In this document: piece by piece, positions 27,301 through 38,500 of the stretch | Position numbering within the stretch: the stretch's first letter is position 1 | Layout of the letters: the number at the start of each line of letters is the position of its first letter | NCBI RefSeq assembly: GCF_964355755.1 | Contig: NC_092671.1 | Coordinates: 36,218,304 to 36,282,303 of the forward strand | Length of the DNA stretch: 64,000 bases | Source: Antedon mediterranea | Lineage: Eukaryota; Animalia; Echinodermata | Direction of reading: 5' to 3' | The notes under the pieces: model-generated | The model's input: the letters and a program-made list of their open reading frames with translations, nothing else | Database searches by the model: none | What the model was told of the DNA's origin: nothing | Translations under genes and position numbers: made by a program

Positions 27301-29218
27301 TTTTGATGACTAATGTTCTATGAGTTGTAACATTTGATGCAAAAGCTTTTGAAACTTTCTCTTTGGTAACCTTCTTACCTAAAAAAAAATGTTTTGAAAG
27401 AATGTTTTGTTACAAAGAAATAAGAATAATTATTTTTAGCATTTCTTGATTATTCTAGGCTATATCTCAGGGGAGGATGTAAAAATTGATCAAGAATTGA
27501 ACCTACAAAAACACTTGACCCTTAGCCGCAAAACCACACCACTAAAAGCCAGCCAGCCATGAGGCTATAAAAAAGCGCATGAATGAGCGATTTTCAATTG
27601 CCTCGATTCTGCCGGAATCCTAACCACTTTGTTTAATTTACTATTTGTAATTATATATTAGCGGTCCCTACCCACTTTGTTTATTTTACTATTTGTAATT
27701 ATATATTAAGCGTGGTTCCCACTAGCGACGCAACAACGTAACGCAACGCAAGTGAATTGACCAATCACAAGCGATGGCTTATTCGCTTGTGATTGCTAAC
27801 CGTCTATAACTTCGCTTGTCATTGGTCAACACGCTTATGTTGCGTTTACGTCCTTGCGTTACGTTCTAGTGGGAACCAAGCTTTAGCGGTCCCTACCCAC
27901 TTTGTTTATTTTACTATTTGTAATTATATATTAGCGGTCCCTACCCACTTTTTACAGAAGCCACAAAACATTTATCAACAAACAAATCTTACTTTCAATA
28001 TCACTTGTTTCTTCATCCTCACTTTCATCATTCCTTTCTATCTCTTTTCTTTTTTTTGGCTTATCTTTTACATTTTTTCGATCAGCAAATTTGACCACCA
28101 GTTTTCTACCATTAATGGACTTGTGAGCATGAGTAGCCTTTTCAGCATCTTCCCTGAAAACAAACAAATAAAACAAATTTGATTCAACTATTTATTGTAC
28201 AGTAGTAGTGCCTATTTTTACAGTAGTACAAAACAATCATTTTCATTGGATGGCCTTTTTTTTAAATAATATATTTCTTATATGAGTTTGTAATATGGAA
28301 TGGAAAGTTTAGACTCAACTTTTATTTTCTTTAAATCTTTCTCACTACTTCTTTTTGCTTCAATTGTACTCATCTGGATTATGACAATCATGTACAGCCA
28401 CCGAAGAAGATATGTGTTATACTGTAAACTACCTTTTATTTATTTATTTTTTTTTTTACTTACTGCTAAGCTTCCCTATTTTGGTCTCTGCTTAAAATAA
28501 AGTCTGTTTTTATACTTATTTTGACCACCATCCACATTTATACTTAAATAATTAACTAGTATAAAGAAATATATCATATTATATTTGTGGAAAATCAATC
28601 AATAAACAAACAAACAATACCTGGAGGCAAATGTAACATATCCAAATCCACGACATTTATCTTTAACTCCTGAAAAAATAATGATAAATTACTTTTTATA
28701 GCCTAGCAAATCATAGAAACATGCCTCTAATCTAGGCCTAGCCTAGTAGCTAGCTAGCTAGGCCCTACTATATGATGTGTATATTAGGCTAGGTGGTAGG
28801 CACATGTGGACCAGTGTTGTACAATTTTGGAACAATCGGCAGCCAGACACAGTTTAGGCCTAGTAGCAAGTGTAGGCCTACACTACACAGTAGTACTGTA
28901 GTTGGTTTATACCTGCATGCATGCCGGCGGACAAGCTTCCTGTCGCTCGGCTCAGCCAGCATGGTTATACTGTATAAATAAAGAACATACAAAACAGCCT
29001 ACTAGCCTAGGCCCTAGCCTACTAGACGCATCCATTGATTTGGCCTAATAAATTGTAACCTTATTGATTGGATATTACAAACCTTTATCTCTAACAACAA
29101 AGCATCGTTTAAGAGGACCGATATCACTAAATATTTCTTCGAATTTATCGTCAGTAGTAAAGAAAGGTAAATTTCTCACAAACAATGTGTTCTGTGAGTG
29201 TTCACTGCGTGCGGCCAT
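6322..29218 (-). CDS. RBM28: RNA-binding protein 28 (Nop4 orthologue, 60S biogenesis), 16 coding exons, ~837 aa
   Basis: Hand-spliced GT-AG exons keep frame (2514 nt): 29083-29218, 28621-28669, 27993-28153, 27255-27378, 26661-26892, 25791-25965, 25078-25170, 24023-24368, 23394-23503, 22645-22709, 20776-20923, 20036-20256, 18033-18182, 8935-9009, 7187-7483, 6322-6453. Motifs: TLFVRNLPF...CRGFGYVTF; KARLIVRNLSFK; GRKVAVDWSLPK; acidic tract; GKTVFVRNIPF; KDKRNLYLLREGMIRPG; FVSPTRLAIHNLP; SLGYGFV; RPIVGFSLEN; LPKHFGPKERWRDRGK; C-terminal SKWFE*. Confidence 0.95.
8245..8476. repeat. ~70-85-bp tandem repeat, 3 copies
   Basis: caaaacaggtttaatat...tatctggat...catcattcggctggtcaaacaatgtcca repeated. 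Confidence 0.88.
9726..10080. repeat. Three tandem ~115-120-bp copies of a retroposon-like 3' end
   Basis: ttattcatttcggcaataaacatgaaataat...(ta)n...gaagtacaagacacaaagccg...acaaaacgc repeated three times. Confidence 0.88.
10130..10270 (-). mobile_element. CORE/V-type SINE fragment
   Basis: ggtacccatttatacacctgggtggagagaggcaaagataaagtaaagtatcttgcct; second copy at ~18235-18370. Confidence 0.65.
11290..11510 (+). mobile_element. tRNA-derived SINE
   Basis: A box tagcttggtgg, B box ggttcaatcc, a body and an A-rich (aaata)n tail. Confidence 0.65.
13087..13772. repeat. 43-bp minisatellite, ~15 near-identical copies
   Basis: Unit gcctaactcaaaaccttataaagctttgttcccactaggtttt starts at 13087, 13130, 13173 and so on, with no spacers. 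Confidence 0.95.
13775..15607 (-). mobile_element. 5'-truncated, frameshifted non-LTR retrotransposon (RT plus C-terminal Cys/His region; RTEX-like by motif recall)
   Basis: ORF 14667-15548: DFSKAFD, GVKQGCPLSPILF, LFWADD, YKYLG. Downstream fragments are in other frames (KARSNSLPLEGR, CLLRNC..ETVYHF). 3' AATAAA plus (TTA)n tail at 13775-13801. Confidence 0.92.
15608..16250. repeat. More diverged continuation of the same ~33-45-bp minisatellite
   Basis: Repeated aggcttgttcccactaggtaatgcctaactcaaaacc units on the other side of the LINE. Confidence 0.9.
17335..17985. repeat. Head-to-tail array of four ~161-bp MITE-A units
   Basis: Units begin aagctctgtctacactatcaaa near 17335, 17497, 17658 and 17819, and each ends agtttgatagtgtgaaca(a/g)agct. 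Confidence 0.93.
18850..19135 (+). mobile_element. RTE-clade LINE 3' fragment
   Basis: Translates IKRRRLKWYGHIIRLPDDTPIKQTMNETKRKVKRPVGRPRNNW, with an (aag)n tail at 19121-19133. Confidence 0.75.
19250..19952 (-). mobile_element. Penelope-like retroelement relic (internally deleted)
   Basis: Reverse complement translates SSCHPRHCTKNIPYSQALRIRRICSS (PLE RT thumb) and YVGETK...RMTQH...ENHWELQLKTTKPFGLN (GIY-YIG C-terminal half, one stop), followed by a hammerhead-containing terminal region. Confidence 0.88.
19287..19327 (-). ncRNA. Minimal type I hammerhead ribozyme of the Penelope element
   Basis: Reverse complement UUGCA CUGAUGA A GGGC UUGUGUU GCCC GAA AGCU C UGCAG. It has the conserved core, stem II, a palindromic AGCU stem III and stem I UUGCA/UGCAG. 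Confidence 0.85.
23891..24006 (-). pseudogene. 5S rRNA-derived sequence (variant, pseudogene or SINE3 head) in RBM28 intron 8
   Basis: Reverse complement contains ACACCGGTCCTCGTCAGATCACCGAAGTTGAGCAACGTTGGGCCTGGTTAGAGCTTGGATGAGAGA...TGGGAATA, matching the metazoan 5S core (A box, C box). 116 nt, with no 4-T terminator. Confidence 0.85.
26060..26630. mobile_element. Two head-to-head tRNA-derived SINEs with a Deu/Nin-like central domain
   Basis: Core tctcggataaggacta..aaaccgtaggtccag...gtgcactttaaagaac...ttcgag. Minus copy ~26060-26312 and plus copy ~26313-26630. Further copies approximately at 16985-17260(-), 29650-29890(+) and 30060-30330(-). Confidence 0.75.
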
Positions 29219-29255
29219 TTTTTATTGTATGCAAGTGGACAAAGAGGGCGCTTTA
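29211..29255 (-). promoter_or_regulatory. RBM28 proximal promoter with a YY1-type motif overlapping the ATG
   Basis: Reverse complement AAAATGGCCGC spans the start codon; an AGAGGGCGCT motif lies at ~29243-29252. Confidence 0.4.
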
Positions 29256-31138
29256 TATATATTGATACAAATTACTGTTATTTTAAAATTGAATAGAAAA
29301 AATATTTTCCTTGATTTGTTTTATTATTCCATACCTAATTCTGAATTATAATATATACGTATACAATTATATAATTTCTGTACATAAACTTTGCTGAATA
29401 AATATGAAATAAGGAAGAATCATATCGTCAGACCTGACTCAAGAAATGATTTATAGACAGAGCCATTTAATGTTAAATAAAGTTAACGCACTGCCCTCTA
29501 TCTCAAGTACTTTTAATCAGATTGCTATTACCGGAAATGCTACCCCCCACCCCCCCCCCCCGTTCCTTCGATCTTTCAAACCTATACCTTTCAGCAATTT
29601 ATTATGATCGAGCACATTTTTTTTTATATATTTTGCTTATACTCAACCCCGCTTGACCACTCACTCTCTACAAGGCCGACTCGCTCCTAGTTCTGGTGGT
29701 GGAACGAGTCTTCTCGGATAAGACTATAAACCGTAGGTCCAGTTTACATAGTTATAACCTGTGTGCACTTTAAAGAACCCAGCATTATTCAAGAAGCGTA
29801 GGGAAATACCACGGTAAACTGGTTCACAAAATAGTCCTTGTATCAGGGGGATTACCACCTATCTGATAGGACAGTGATTAATTTACTATTTAAATATAGT
29901 ATAACGAACGTTGTTGTGATTCTCAAAAAAACACTCACAACTTTTCCCCGTTTTGGAAAATAAACCTAAACATATTTGAAATGTCGCCCTCATCTGAATC
30001 TCCTTGTTTATCCTTAGCCTAGCAATAAGTTCAAGGACCAAGAGAAACAAATTGTTTACAATGTTATTTATTTATATACTGGGTAACCTTTTCAATCAAA
30101 GAGGGAGGGGGCCCAGTTGCTGTGTGTACAAGTACACCGGGGTAACCCCCTACTCATCTCAAACTAGATTCTTTAAAGTGCACACAAGCTAGATGTGTAC
30201 ACTGGACCTACGGTTTATAGTCCTTATCCGAAAAGACTTGTTCTACCACCAGAACCATGTAGCGATGAGGCTCGAAACCCTTCCCGATGTTAGCTACGTA
30301 TCACGGTTATTCCACTGTCTAACCGCTCAAAATACAATTACAGTAAGCTTAACCCAGATAAGTTAAACCATTACTTTTCTTATGCTTAAAATTGAATTTA
30401 AAAGAACCAATCAGAAAAAATAAACTTTATTCTATGACTATACAGTAAATTTTCTTCAGGGCCAAGATTTATTACGATCCCTGGTACGCCTAGATTTATT
30501 TTGTATTAGATTATTTTGGGACGATCAATATAATTGTCCGCCCCCACTTTTTTCATCTGTTATATTAATCATTATAATATTACAAATTTAAGTAACAATA
30601 GACACTTTCAAGGCAGCAGTCGAGGCCCTCGCCGCCTCGTCTGAATTTCAATTTTCACCACCCACCCCAATTCCTCAGCACAGATCGTCATATTTTATAT
30701 TAATAATTGTATTTAAAGCATCTATGTATGACTCGTCTGTTTTTGACCTCTCGCACGGCCTTGCTTTCACTTGACTCTCAAACTTCCCCTGCGTGATGAT
30801 ACGCGCGCCAGGAGCCTAGCCTATACGCTAGGTCTCATATTCTACCTCTGTCATTGGAAAATTAGCCGTACGACACTCATCAAATATAATCATTAATCAA
30901 ACAAAAAAATCTAGATTTATTTAAATGCAAAGTCGAAAGAATGTTTTAAATCAATCTCACATTAAATTAAATGTAGGCCTAGCCCTATAGCTACAAATTA
31001 AAATTAATATAAATCTTATTAAATTATATTTTGAGATCAATAGGCCCTAACAGTACCAAGGTTGTTGGGTTTTTAGCCTAAAGGGAAACATAGTCATCTC
31101 TGAGTCATTTATATTGGGCAAATTGCCCATACTTGTGA

Positions 31139-32646
31139 TAGTACAGGAAAACTATGAAATATGGTTGAAAAAATTGCAACAGAATTTATTTTTACCACAG
31201 TGCATTTCTATAAGGTCCCTATATAAATATACTAAAAGTCTTGAATAAGCTAGGTAAGGGAAATAGGGATTTTTTAAAACAAAATGGCCAACAATGAAAG
31301 TGAAAATGTCTAAAAAAGGACAAAATAACATAAATGATAGATATAATTACCACTTTATAACGTTTTTGCATTTTTGCTTTATAAATTTATTTACAGTTTC
31401 TAAGATCTCGTGTTATAAATTAGAAAATGGCCACAAAAAACATATCTTTAAGTATCTAGATATCCCTACGTTATAATATAGAAAATTCAGTCCTATGCTT
31501 AATGCATAGGTCTTCGGTGTCTAATAAATCAGTACTGTCTTAACAATATACTTCAACATTGGTAACGCCAGCGAGGAGGGCTATAGGAAGGGGGATCATA
31601 TGGGGAACGGTAAAGGGTCCGTCTGCCCCCTTTCCAATGGGAGGATCAGCCATGTTGGGAGAAAAATATGAATTTCCTAATGAACATAAAAAAAGAACTG
31701 CAGGAGAAAGTTTTTACTTCATGATGCATGTGTATGACGGGAAGCACTGTAAATGTATTATATAGGTGTAACGTATTTCGTTTGTGCTTTTTATACATGG
31801 AATAATCCAGAGGGATGTGATACTACATCCCACCTATCCGGTACAGAAAAAGGTGTGCTTACACCAAACGTCCAAAAAATGAAATTTGCATTGGTATAGC
31901 TATATACTGTATGGAGGGAACTAAGGATAATTTGGATAACCTAACGTTATTCTGTGAGAAATTAGTCCTCAAAAAGCCAAACGGCACCTGAAATAAAATC
32001 GATTCCCCCAACAACAAATGTTGCAAAATGTCATTGATTGCGTGTCTATTACCAGGTACAGCAGTGAAGGAAAATACTCTTTAAATGGCGTGATGTCTCC
32101 ATTTTGTGAAGAATGCCATGGCATCAGCACATGCCAAATCCCTATCTATAGACGGGGTATGATAACATGATAATGAACGAATTAATAGATTGCAAAATTG
32201 TAGTTTATTGTTTGTGACAGTGTAAATCTAAGTTTTATTAGACACTGTAGTTCTATGAATTAAATGCATATGACTATGCTGTCTATTATAACGTGGTTTG
32301 ATACTTAGATGTTTGTTTTTGCTGCCATTTTCTAAATAATTGCACTTAAATTAAAATGTATATTGCAGTTGAAATGTTTGAAACTAAAGAAACATAAAAA
32401 GCACTGTAAAAACTGCTATCAAGTGGTAATTAGATCTAATTTTTAGGCTTATTTGTTCGTCCTTGTTTACACATTTTCGCCATTGGCGGCCCATTTTGTT
32501 TAAAATCTTATTTCCCTTACCTGGATTTTTCTAGACTTTTAGTATGTTCATATATGGACCTTATCGAAATGCATTGTGTGGTGAAAACAATTCTGTTGCA
32601 ATTTGTTCAACCTTTTATTTCTGAGCATATTATCTTTCTTGTACTA
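31139..32646 (+). mobile_element. Non-autonomous long-TIR DNA transposon, Academ-like
   Basis: Termini tagtac...gtacta are flanked by a TGA direct repeat (31136-31138 and 32647-32649). There are >150-bp imperfect inverted repeats and internal decayed coding PTTNVAKCH*LRVYYQVQQ and SPFCEECHGISTC. Confidence 0.7.
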
Positions 32647-32889
32647 TGAGTGAAAAATGACAAAATAAGCATAGACAAAATTCACGAAATGGAAGGGCAT
32701 TTTCTTATTTTGCGTAGGTTGCGTTGGTAGTGGGAACCACGCTTTAGAGATTTATAGTGACATTTTATTTTATTTGACCTTCTGTCACGTGCAAAAATTC
32801 ACTTTTTTTATATTGCTCTTCTGTTGTGAAGTATTGTCATCTTCCATTTCCACCTTACTTCGTCAGCATCGAAGACCTTGACCTTTGTT

Positions 32890-33186
32890 ATAATCGTTTA
32901 TAATCATCATCATCGTTATAATAATTGTTATCTTCTTCATCATATTATCAAGTCATCGTTAACATAATGACCTTCCTAGTCGTCATTATCATAACCATCA
33001 TCATCATCATTACCCACCTCAAAACCGTACTAGCATCATCGTCTTTATCATAACCATCATCATTATCATAATCATCATCATTATCACCTCAAAACCGTCA
33101 TAAGAATAATCATCTTTGTCATAATCATCATCATCATTATCATCTTCATAATATGATCGTCGTCGTCATTATGATTATTATCATTA
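32890..33186. repeat. Degenerate (ATC)n low-complexity tract
   Basis: Runs of catcatcat/tcatta downstream of CTL1. Confidence 0.8.
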
Positions 33187-33602
33187 GAACACAAATAAAC
33201 AGACTGTGTACAAAGAAATACTATTTTGTGTTTACACATTTTATTCTGATACAAAAATGCATATGGAAAATTACCGATATTTCTTAAAATTGTTCGTAAT
33301 TTAAAGCAAAGTGTTGTTCAATTGCCTCATAATAATTACGGTATCGTCTCTACCACTTTGGTACATCTCGTTCCGGGCTAGTTCTCTGGTGCTTGTCATA
33401 TCCGGTAGTGGTAGTGGTGGTTGTGGTGGTAGTGGTGGTTGTGGTAGTGGTGGTAGTAGCCACCATACTTAGTTCTATTGTTTCTTTTTTTGTTATTAAT
33501 TTAAAAGTTCGTGTTATCCTGAAAATCATGGTGTCCTCTCCTATCGATTTATTCGGAGCTGTGCTATTTAAAAGTCTCTGTTCCGAGATGATTTTAGTAG
33601 GC

Positions 33603-34124
33603 CTATACCGTATTTGCTCCTTGATCATAATATCCAAAATCTTGTTGTTCTCCTGAAGGAACCATACACACGAATGGCCGTTCAAGCTCACACATAGCGT
33701 CATTCCACAATGGCATTCCTCGTCTTAAGAAGAAGGCAACACAATTTTCTATCTCACCAGATGATTGTTGACCGTTATCAGGTTGTTCTTGAGCCCAGTT
33801 TACGTATTGGAAAAGGGTTCCATCTCCCCATCTAAAAACTTCTTCGGTGTGGATGTCATTTCCGCTTGTCCAAACTGCGTAGTTTTGCGGCGAGATTGTT
33901 CCCATTAATTTCTTCAAGAAAATTTCGTCTAGTCTGCTTTTGAGAGAAATAAGCGACGCTGGCTCTCCTTGGCAGTTCATGAATCTCGAGCAAGCCATTT
34001 TTGCTTCGATCCATGGTAAAGCTTCTACAAAAATACGATAGCAGTTTGAATTATATTGTGTAAATAATGCCGGGCAACGGGCCGTTGCCACCACAAAAAG
34101 ACACGATAAAATAAGAAACCTCAT
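33603..34124 (-). CDS. Secreted C-type lectin-domain protein (CTL1), intronless, ~173 aa, retains QPD and WND motifs
   Basis: Signal peptide MRFLILSCLFVVATA; CP..F....NCYRIF; extra-Cys motif CSRFMNCQGE; VWTSG; FRWGDG; WAQEQPDN; ENCV; WNDAMC; FVCMVPSG. ATG at 34124. Confidence 0.9.
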   Translation of the reverse strand: MRFLILSCLFVVATARCPALFTQYNSNCYRIFVEALPWIEAKMACSRFMNCQGEPASLISLKSRLDEIFLKKLMGTISPQNYAVWTSGNDIHTEEVFRWGDGTLFQYVNWAQEQPDNGQQSSGEIENCVAFFLRRGMPLWNDAMCELERPFVCMVPSGEQQDFGYYDQGANTV

Positions 34125-35152
34125 GTCGCAGCTTTCTAGTTTCAGCAACTACTAAACAAAGCTTCTACAATGTTAGCAAACTATCGAGTGATGAAACCTC
34201 GATTCTTGAAAACGCGGAAGTGTAGCGCCCTCGCAAGTTGACAAGTTAAAAGTCGCCAACCAGTGACGTAATTCATGTCCTCGACCAATTAGATTGTTTG
34301 TGTGATTAAATATGCAAGGAAGCAAAACTTACGACAAATCTCAAAAGTCAGTTGTATATTTTCGTTTTCAAACACAATACAAATCTAAAAATAGGCAAGT
34401 GAATCGATTTTACCAGCTACAAAAGTTCCCAGCAATTGGGACACTGTCGGGAAATCGGTCGCCTGGCAGGAAATCTTACCTTCACTACAGATTAACGATT
34501 GTCTCAACAAAGTAATGGAGCAACCACCTGTTGTAAACGTTTGACCTGTACGTATTCATTTGTTTGATGACAGTTTAAAAACAAGGACAAAGAATGAAAC
34601 AATGTATTGTTTTAATAGTATAAATTTACATTTAGGCCTATACGTTTGATCAAATAAGAAAATCGCCATTGAGTTTATAATCAGATGAACTCAAATTGTG
34701 ATTAACACGCTAAGTAAACTCTAAGTCCAAGCAAACATTTTGTTTACCGACCTAAGTATGTTTGTAATTGTTCTAATGGCATTCGTACATATTTCCAATC
34801 ATTTTTCTTGTACACAGACAAATAACATTGATATAAACACTAGATTTCACTGACAACAGCAACATATAAAAATGCAAATTTCTTGCATATTATTTTTTTC
34901 GGAGAAACAGTAAATTTTGTATAAATAGTTCATCTAAAGGTAAAGGCTCTGAAATATATAAATACCTATTCCGCGACAAACGATTATAAATGACCTTACG
35001 TTATATTATTGGGGTCAAGTAGATATGAGAATTAGTGGGTAATTTTAAGAGGTATTAAAAAGTTGGATGTTACGATTATGTTAAGGAAACCCATTGAAAT
35101 GAATACAGCTTTACTCTCACAGGTGAAAAGTTTAAACGCGAACAATAGTTTT

Positions 35153-35540
35153 CCTATTAAGGGGACACTTTTAACACTACGACCAATCCCTATTCAGTGG
35201 ACACTCCTATTAAGGGGACACTTTTAACACTACGACCAATCCCTATTCAGTGGACACTCCTATTAAAGGGACACTTTTACCACTACGACCAATCCCTATT
35301 CAGTGGACACTCCTATTAAGGGGACACTTTTAACAATACGACCAATCCCTATTCAGTGGACACTCCTATTAAGGGGACACTTTTAACACTACAACCAATC
35401 CCTATTCAGGGGACACTCCTATTAAGGGGACACTTTTAACACTACGACCAATCCCTATTCAGGGGACACTCCTATTAAGGGGACACTCTTAACACTACGA
35501 CCAATCTTTATTCAGTGGAAACATCGTTCAAGGGGACACT
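35153..35540. repeat. 53-bp minisatellite, ~7 copies
   Basis: Unit cctattaaggggacacttttaacactacgaccaatccctattcagtggacact (35153, 35206, ...). Related single cctattcaaggggacact motif at ~52750. Confidence 0.92.
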
Positions 35541-38500
35541 TCGTTGAGTCCAGTAATTTTGGATCTACTGGAGTACGGTACTGTACTGTTTGGAATGATG
35601 TTTGAGTGTGTGTTATTCATCTAATCTGTCATTTTTGTTTAGCATCCATTTTTTTTGTTATTCCTAAATACGTTTTAGTTTGTTGTGTATGTTTTTTTTT
35701 ATCTTGCAAACTCATCATGGCCTGGCCTTGATCAGAGCTTTGATTTCTGTCCATGGCTGTACACGACCGATACACGACTGACAACTTTCAATTATGTATT
35801 CCAAAAATATTTAAAAACAATTGAAATACTACTTTACTATCTAAAAATAGATGAGCACCTGCACATTCGTATGGTTATTTTAGACGTGTATACCATGGGT
35901 ATAATATGTTCGTCTTTTTAAAATAGTTCAACTTACTTTAAAGACGCTATGGACGAACATTGCGTAAACGAAGGTTTTTACTGTGTAAATATATCCTAAT
36001 AATTAGCTTTTTTACTCCAAATAAGGTCTTTTAGCTTTACTCCAAATAAGGTCGTTTTAACGGTATACAAATATGACAATAGGCCTAATATTGTTATTGG
36101 CCAGACTTGACCTTAGCAATAAAATTAACTAAAGTGACAGAAATGAGTATTCACTTCTGTAACAAAAAAATAATATTTATTCACATATAAAAAGAGAAAA
36201 GAAACTCAAAAACCATTGTCTGACAGACAATTTAAGTATTTGTTGCTTTACATTACATTTTTTCCAGGTAAAATAACTATTATGTGACAATAAAATGATG
36301 ACACATTCAAAAACATTTGAAATAAAAAATATTTTTCAATAAGCGAGCAGCGTTTTTTGTAAGAAATATTTCTTGTTTAATATCGTCTATCACAATATCA
36401 AATCGAAACACTAAATCGAAAGAGTGGTTTCAAATTACATAGGCATTATAATTATGATTTGTTTATAAGAATATTGACATGGATTTAGACGTGAACGTTG
36501 AAATTCAAAGTTTGAAGTATACTCGTGTTTTGATCGGATATATGACTAAGAGGATACACAGTCAAATGAAACTAAAAAAAAAAAGAATCTATGCGCATTC
36601 ATCATCATCCCTATAGATCTAATTTAAAGTTCTGTTCATATAGGCCTGTATAGTAAAACACACCATATTTGGGCATGTTATTTTCATATCCGTGTCTTTT
36701 TAATTTTTCTATTTTTTCTATTTATACACACAATTGTAAATTGATGTGTAGGCCTTATAGGCCCATCGAGTGGTGAGTAATAGAGGAAACGCTACTCATC
36801 TTGACTGGGGAAGGAAACATCTGAAATATGACTGACCTCTTTAATAACTTAATTAAACGGAGGATTTCGCGTGGGTATTTTTGTTTTTGAACTTGCATCT
36901 GCTTTGCAGAAGATATAAGTTTTTGAAAATCATCATCAACGGTTTATTTTTAGAAATCACAAAACAGAAAAGAATCATTCAATTTTGAAAACGTTATTAT
37001 AATATCGACAAAATAATTTATGATTATAAATAAAAGTGGCATTAACAAAATGTTGAGCGTATTCGATTGGAAAACTTTGAGTATAGGCCTAGTTGTTTTT
37101 CTTTTGTTAATTAGCGCAAACATTACTTTTCTGTTGAGCACAGAGGTTTCCCAATCGAATACTCAAATTGGCAACTTTAGAGCACTTTTGTAAATACTTT
37201 ATTTTTCACTCTCATAACATAATAACATAATATAGAAATAAATATGACCAAAAAAACGTTAAATGCATTATCACTGATAATAACAACATTTTACTAAATG
37301 ATTGTTAATCTACGTTGAAACACTCGTGAACAAAATACTGCGAATTCTAATTTTTTGTTTTAATCACATATTTTGGTGTTTTTCTTTCTTTTTTTCAGAA
37401 ATAAATGTAACCGGCCTATACACTTTGTCTTCAATTCGGATCTGTCTATTTCAACATCATCAGAGAAATCGACATAAATTTATACGAATTGATATGAAAT
37501 ATGTTCATTGGTAACATGAGAAAATAGATTTTTATACAATTATAATGCGTTACAATGTGTTATAATGCGTTAAAATGTGTTATAATGCGTTACAATTGTG
37601 TACAATTTTTTTTGCAAGTTCCGACTACTGTATAAGATGCTAACATTTCATCTCCTTCAGATTGAACTGTACTTATTTTAACTCGATTTAATTATGTTAG
37701 CATAATCACACATTTTATTCCTTGCTTTCATTATGATATTCAATCATACTTACCAAAAATTGGTGTGAAAGAAAGGAAACAGTACACACATTTTTTAAAC
37801 AATTTTTTTCTCTTTTTTTACAATTTTAAATTTCACCATTTTTAATTCTTTTTTTCATATAACATTGAAAGCAAGTAAATAAAATGTGTGATTATGAATT
37901 ATGAGATGAAATGTTTATGAAAATGATTATGCTATCAAAATAGACATAATGGAAATTGATAACATAATTTTTATTTATTCAATTTCTGCCATATACATAA
38001 CAAAGAAGACAAAACAATTATAAAAGGAGGCACGGAAGTGATTCATACATTCGTCTTACGAGTTTTAATGTATAGGCCAATTATTCCATATCATACATTT
38101 TAGTCATTGCCTGTTCCTATGTAACTTTCTCCCTCGGGTTTTCCTCTCTGCACAAGTCACAAATGCAAATATGTTTATGAATTCATAATGTTATTTTGAA
38201 TAGTTATATCTTATATTGTTTGAAGTTTTGAACGGCGAAATCAAACGTTGATATAAATTTGCGGTACACCGCGTATATTAGTTCTGAAAAAAGTTTCGAT
38301 ATATATGTTTTGATCGTCCTCAACATATTGATCGAAACGTCAAAAAAACTCAACAAACGTATATCATCAATATTTTTATCTTGTTATCATCTAATTGGAT
38401 TTTAATTAAACATCTTTCCAAATAATTCAGTGAAAATAACTTTTTTTACTACGGTATTAACTTAATTGACATTTTGAATTAATACAAAATTGTTTCATAA

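Noticed and set aside
28305-28375. Lys-rich minus-strand frame in RBM28 intron 2 (MSTIEAKRSSEKDLKKIKVESK) as a possible extra exon
   Set aside because: Exons 2 and 3 join in frame within RRM1, and no convincing splice-site pair was found.
33350-33703. Poly-Thr / poly-Val ORFs overlapping the CTL1 end (possible mucin-like tail by frameshift)
   Set aside because: CTL1 terminates normally after the domain. The tract is a (CAC/TAC)n microsatellite in the probable 3' UTR, with no slippery site or splice evidence.
37455-37600. Segment repeated at ~41830-41970 with 20-bp ttataatgcgttacaatgtg units
   Set aside because: Probably a fragment of a dispersed repeat; no termini or coding signal to support more.
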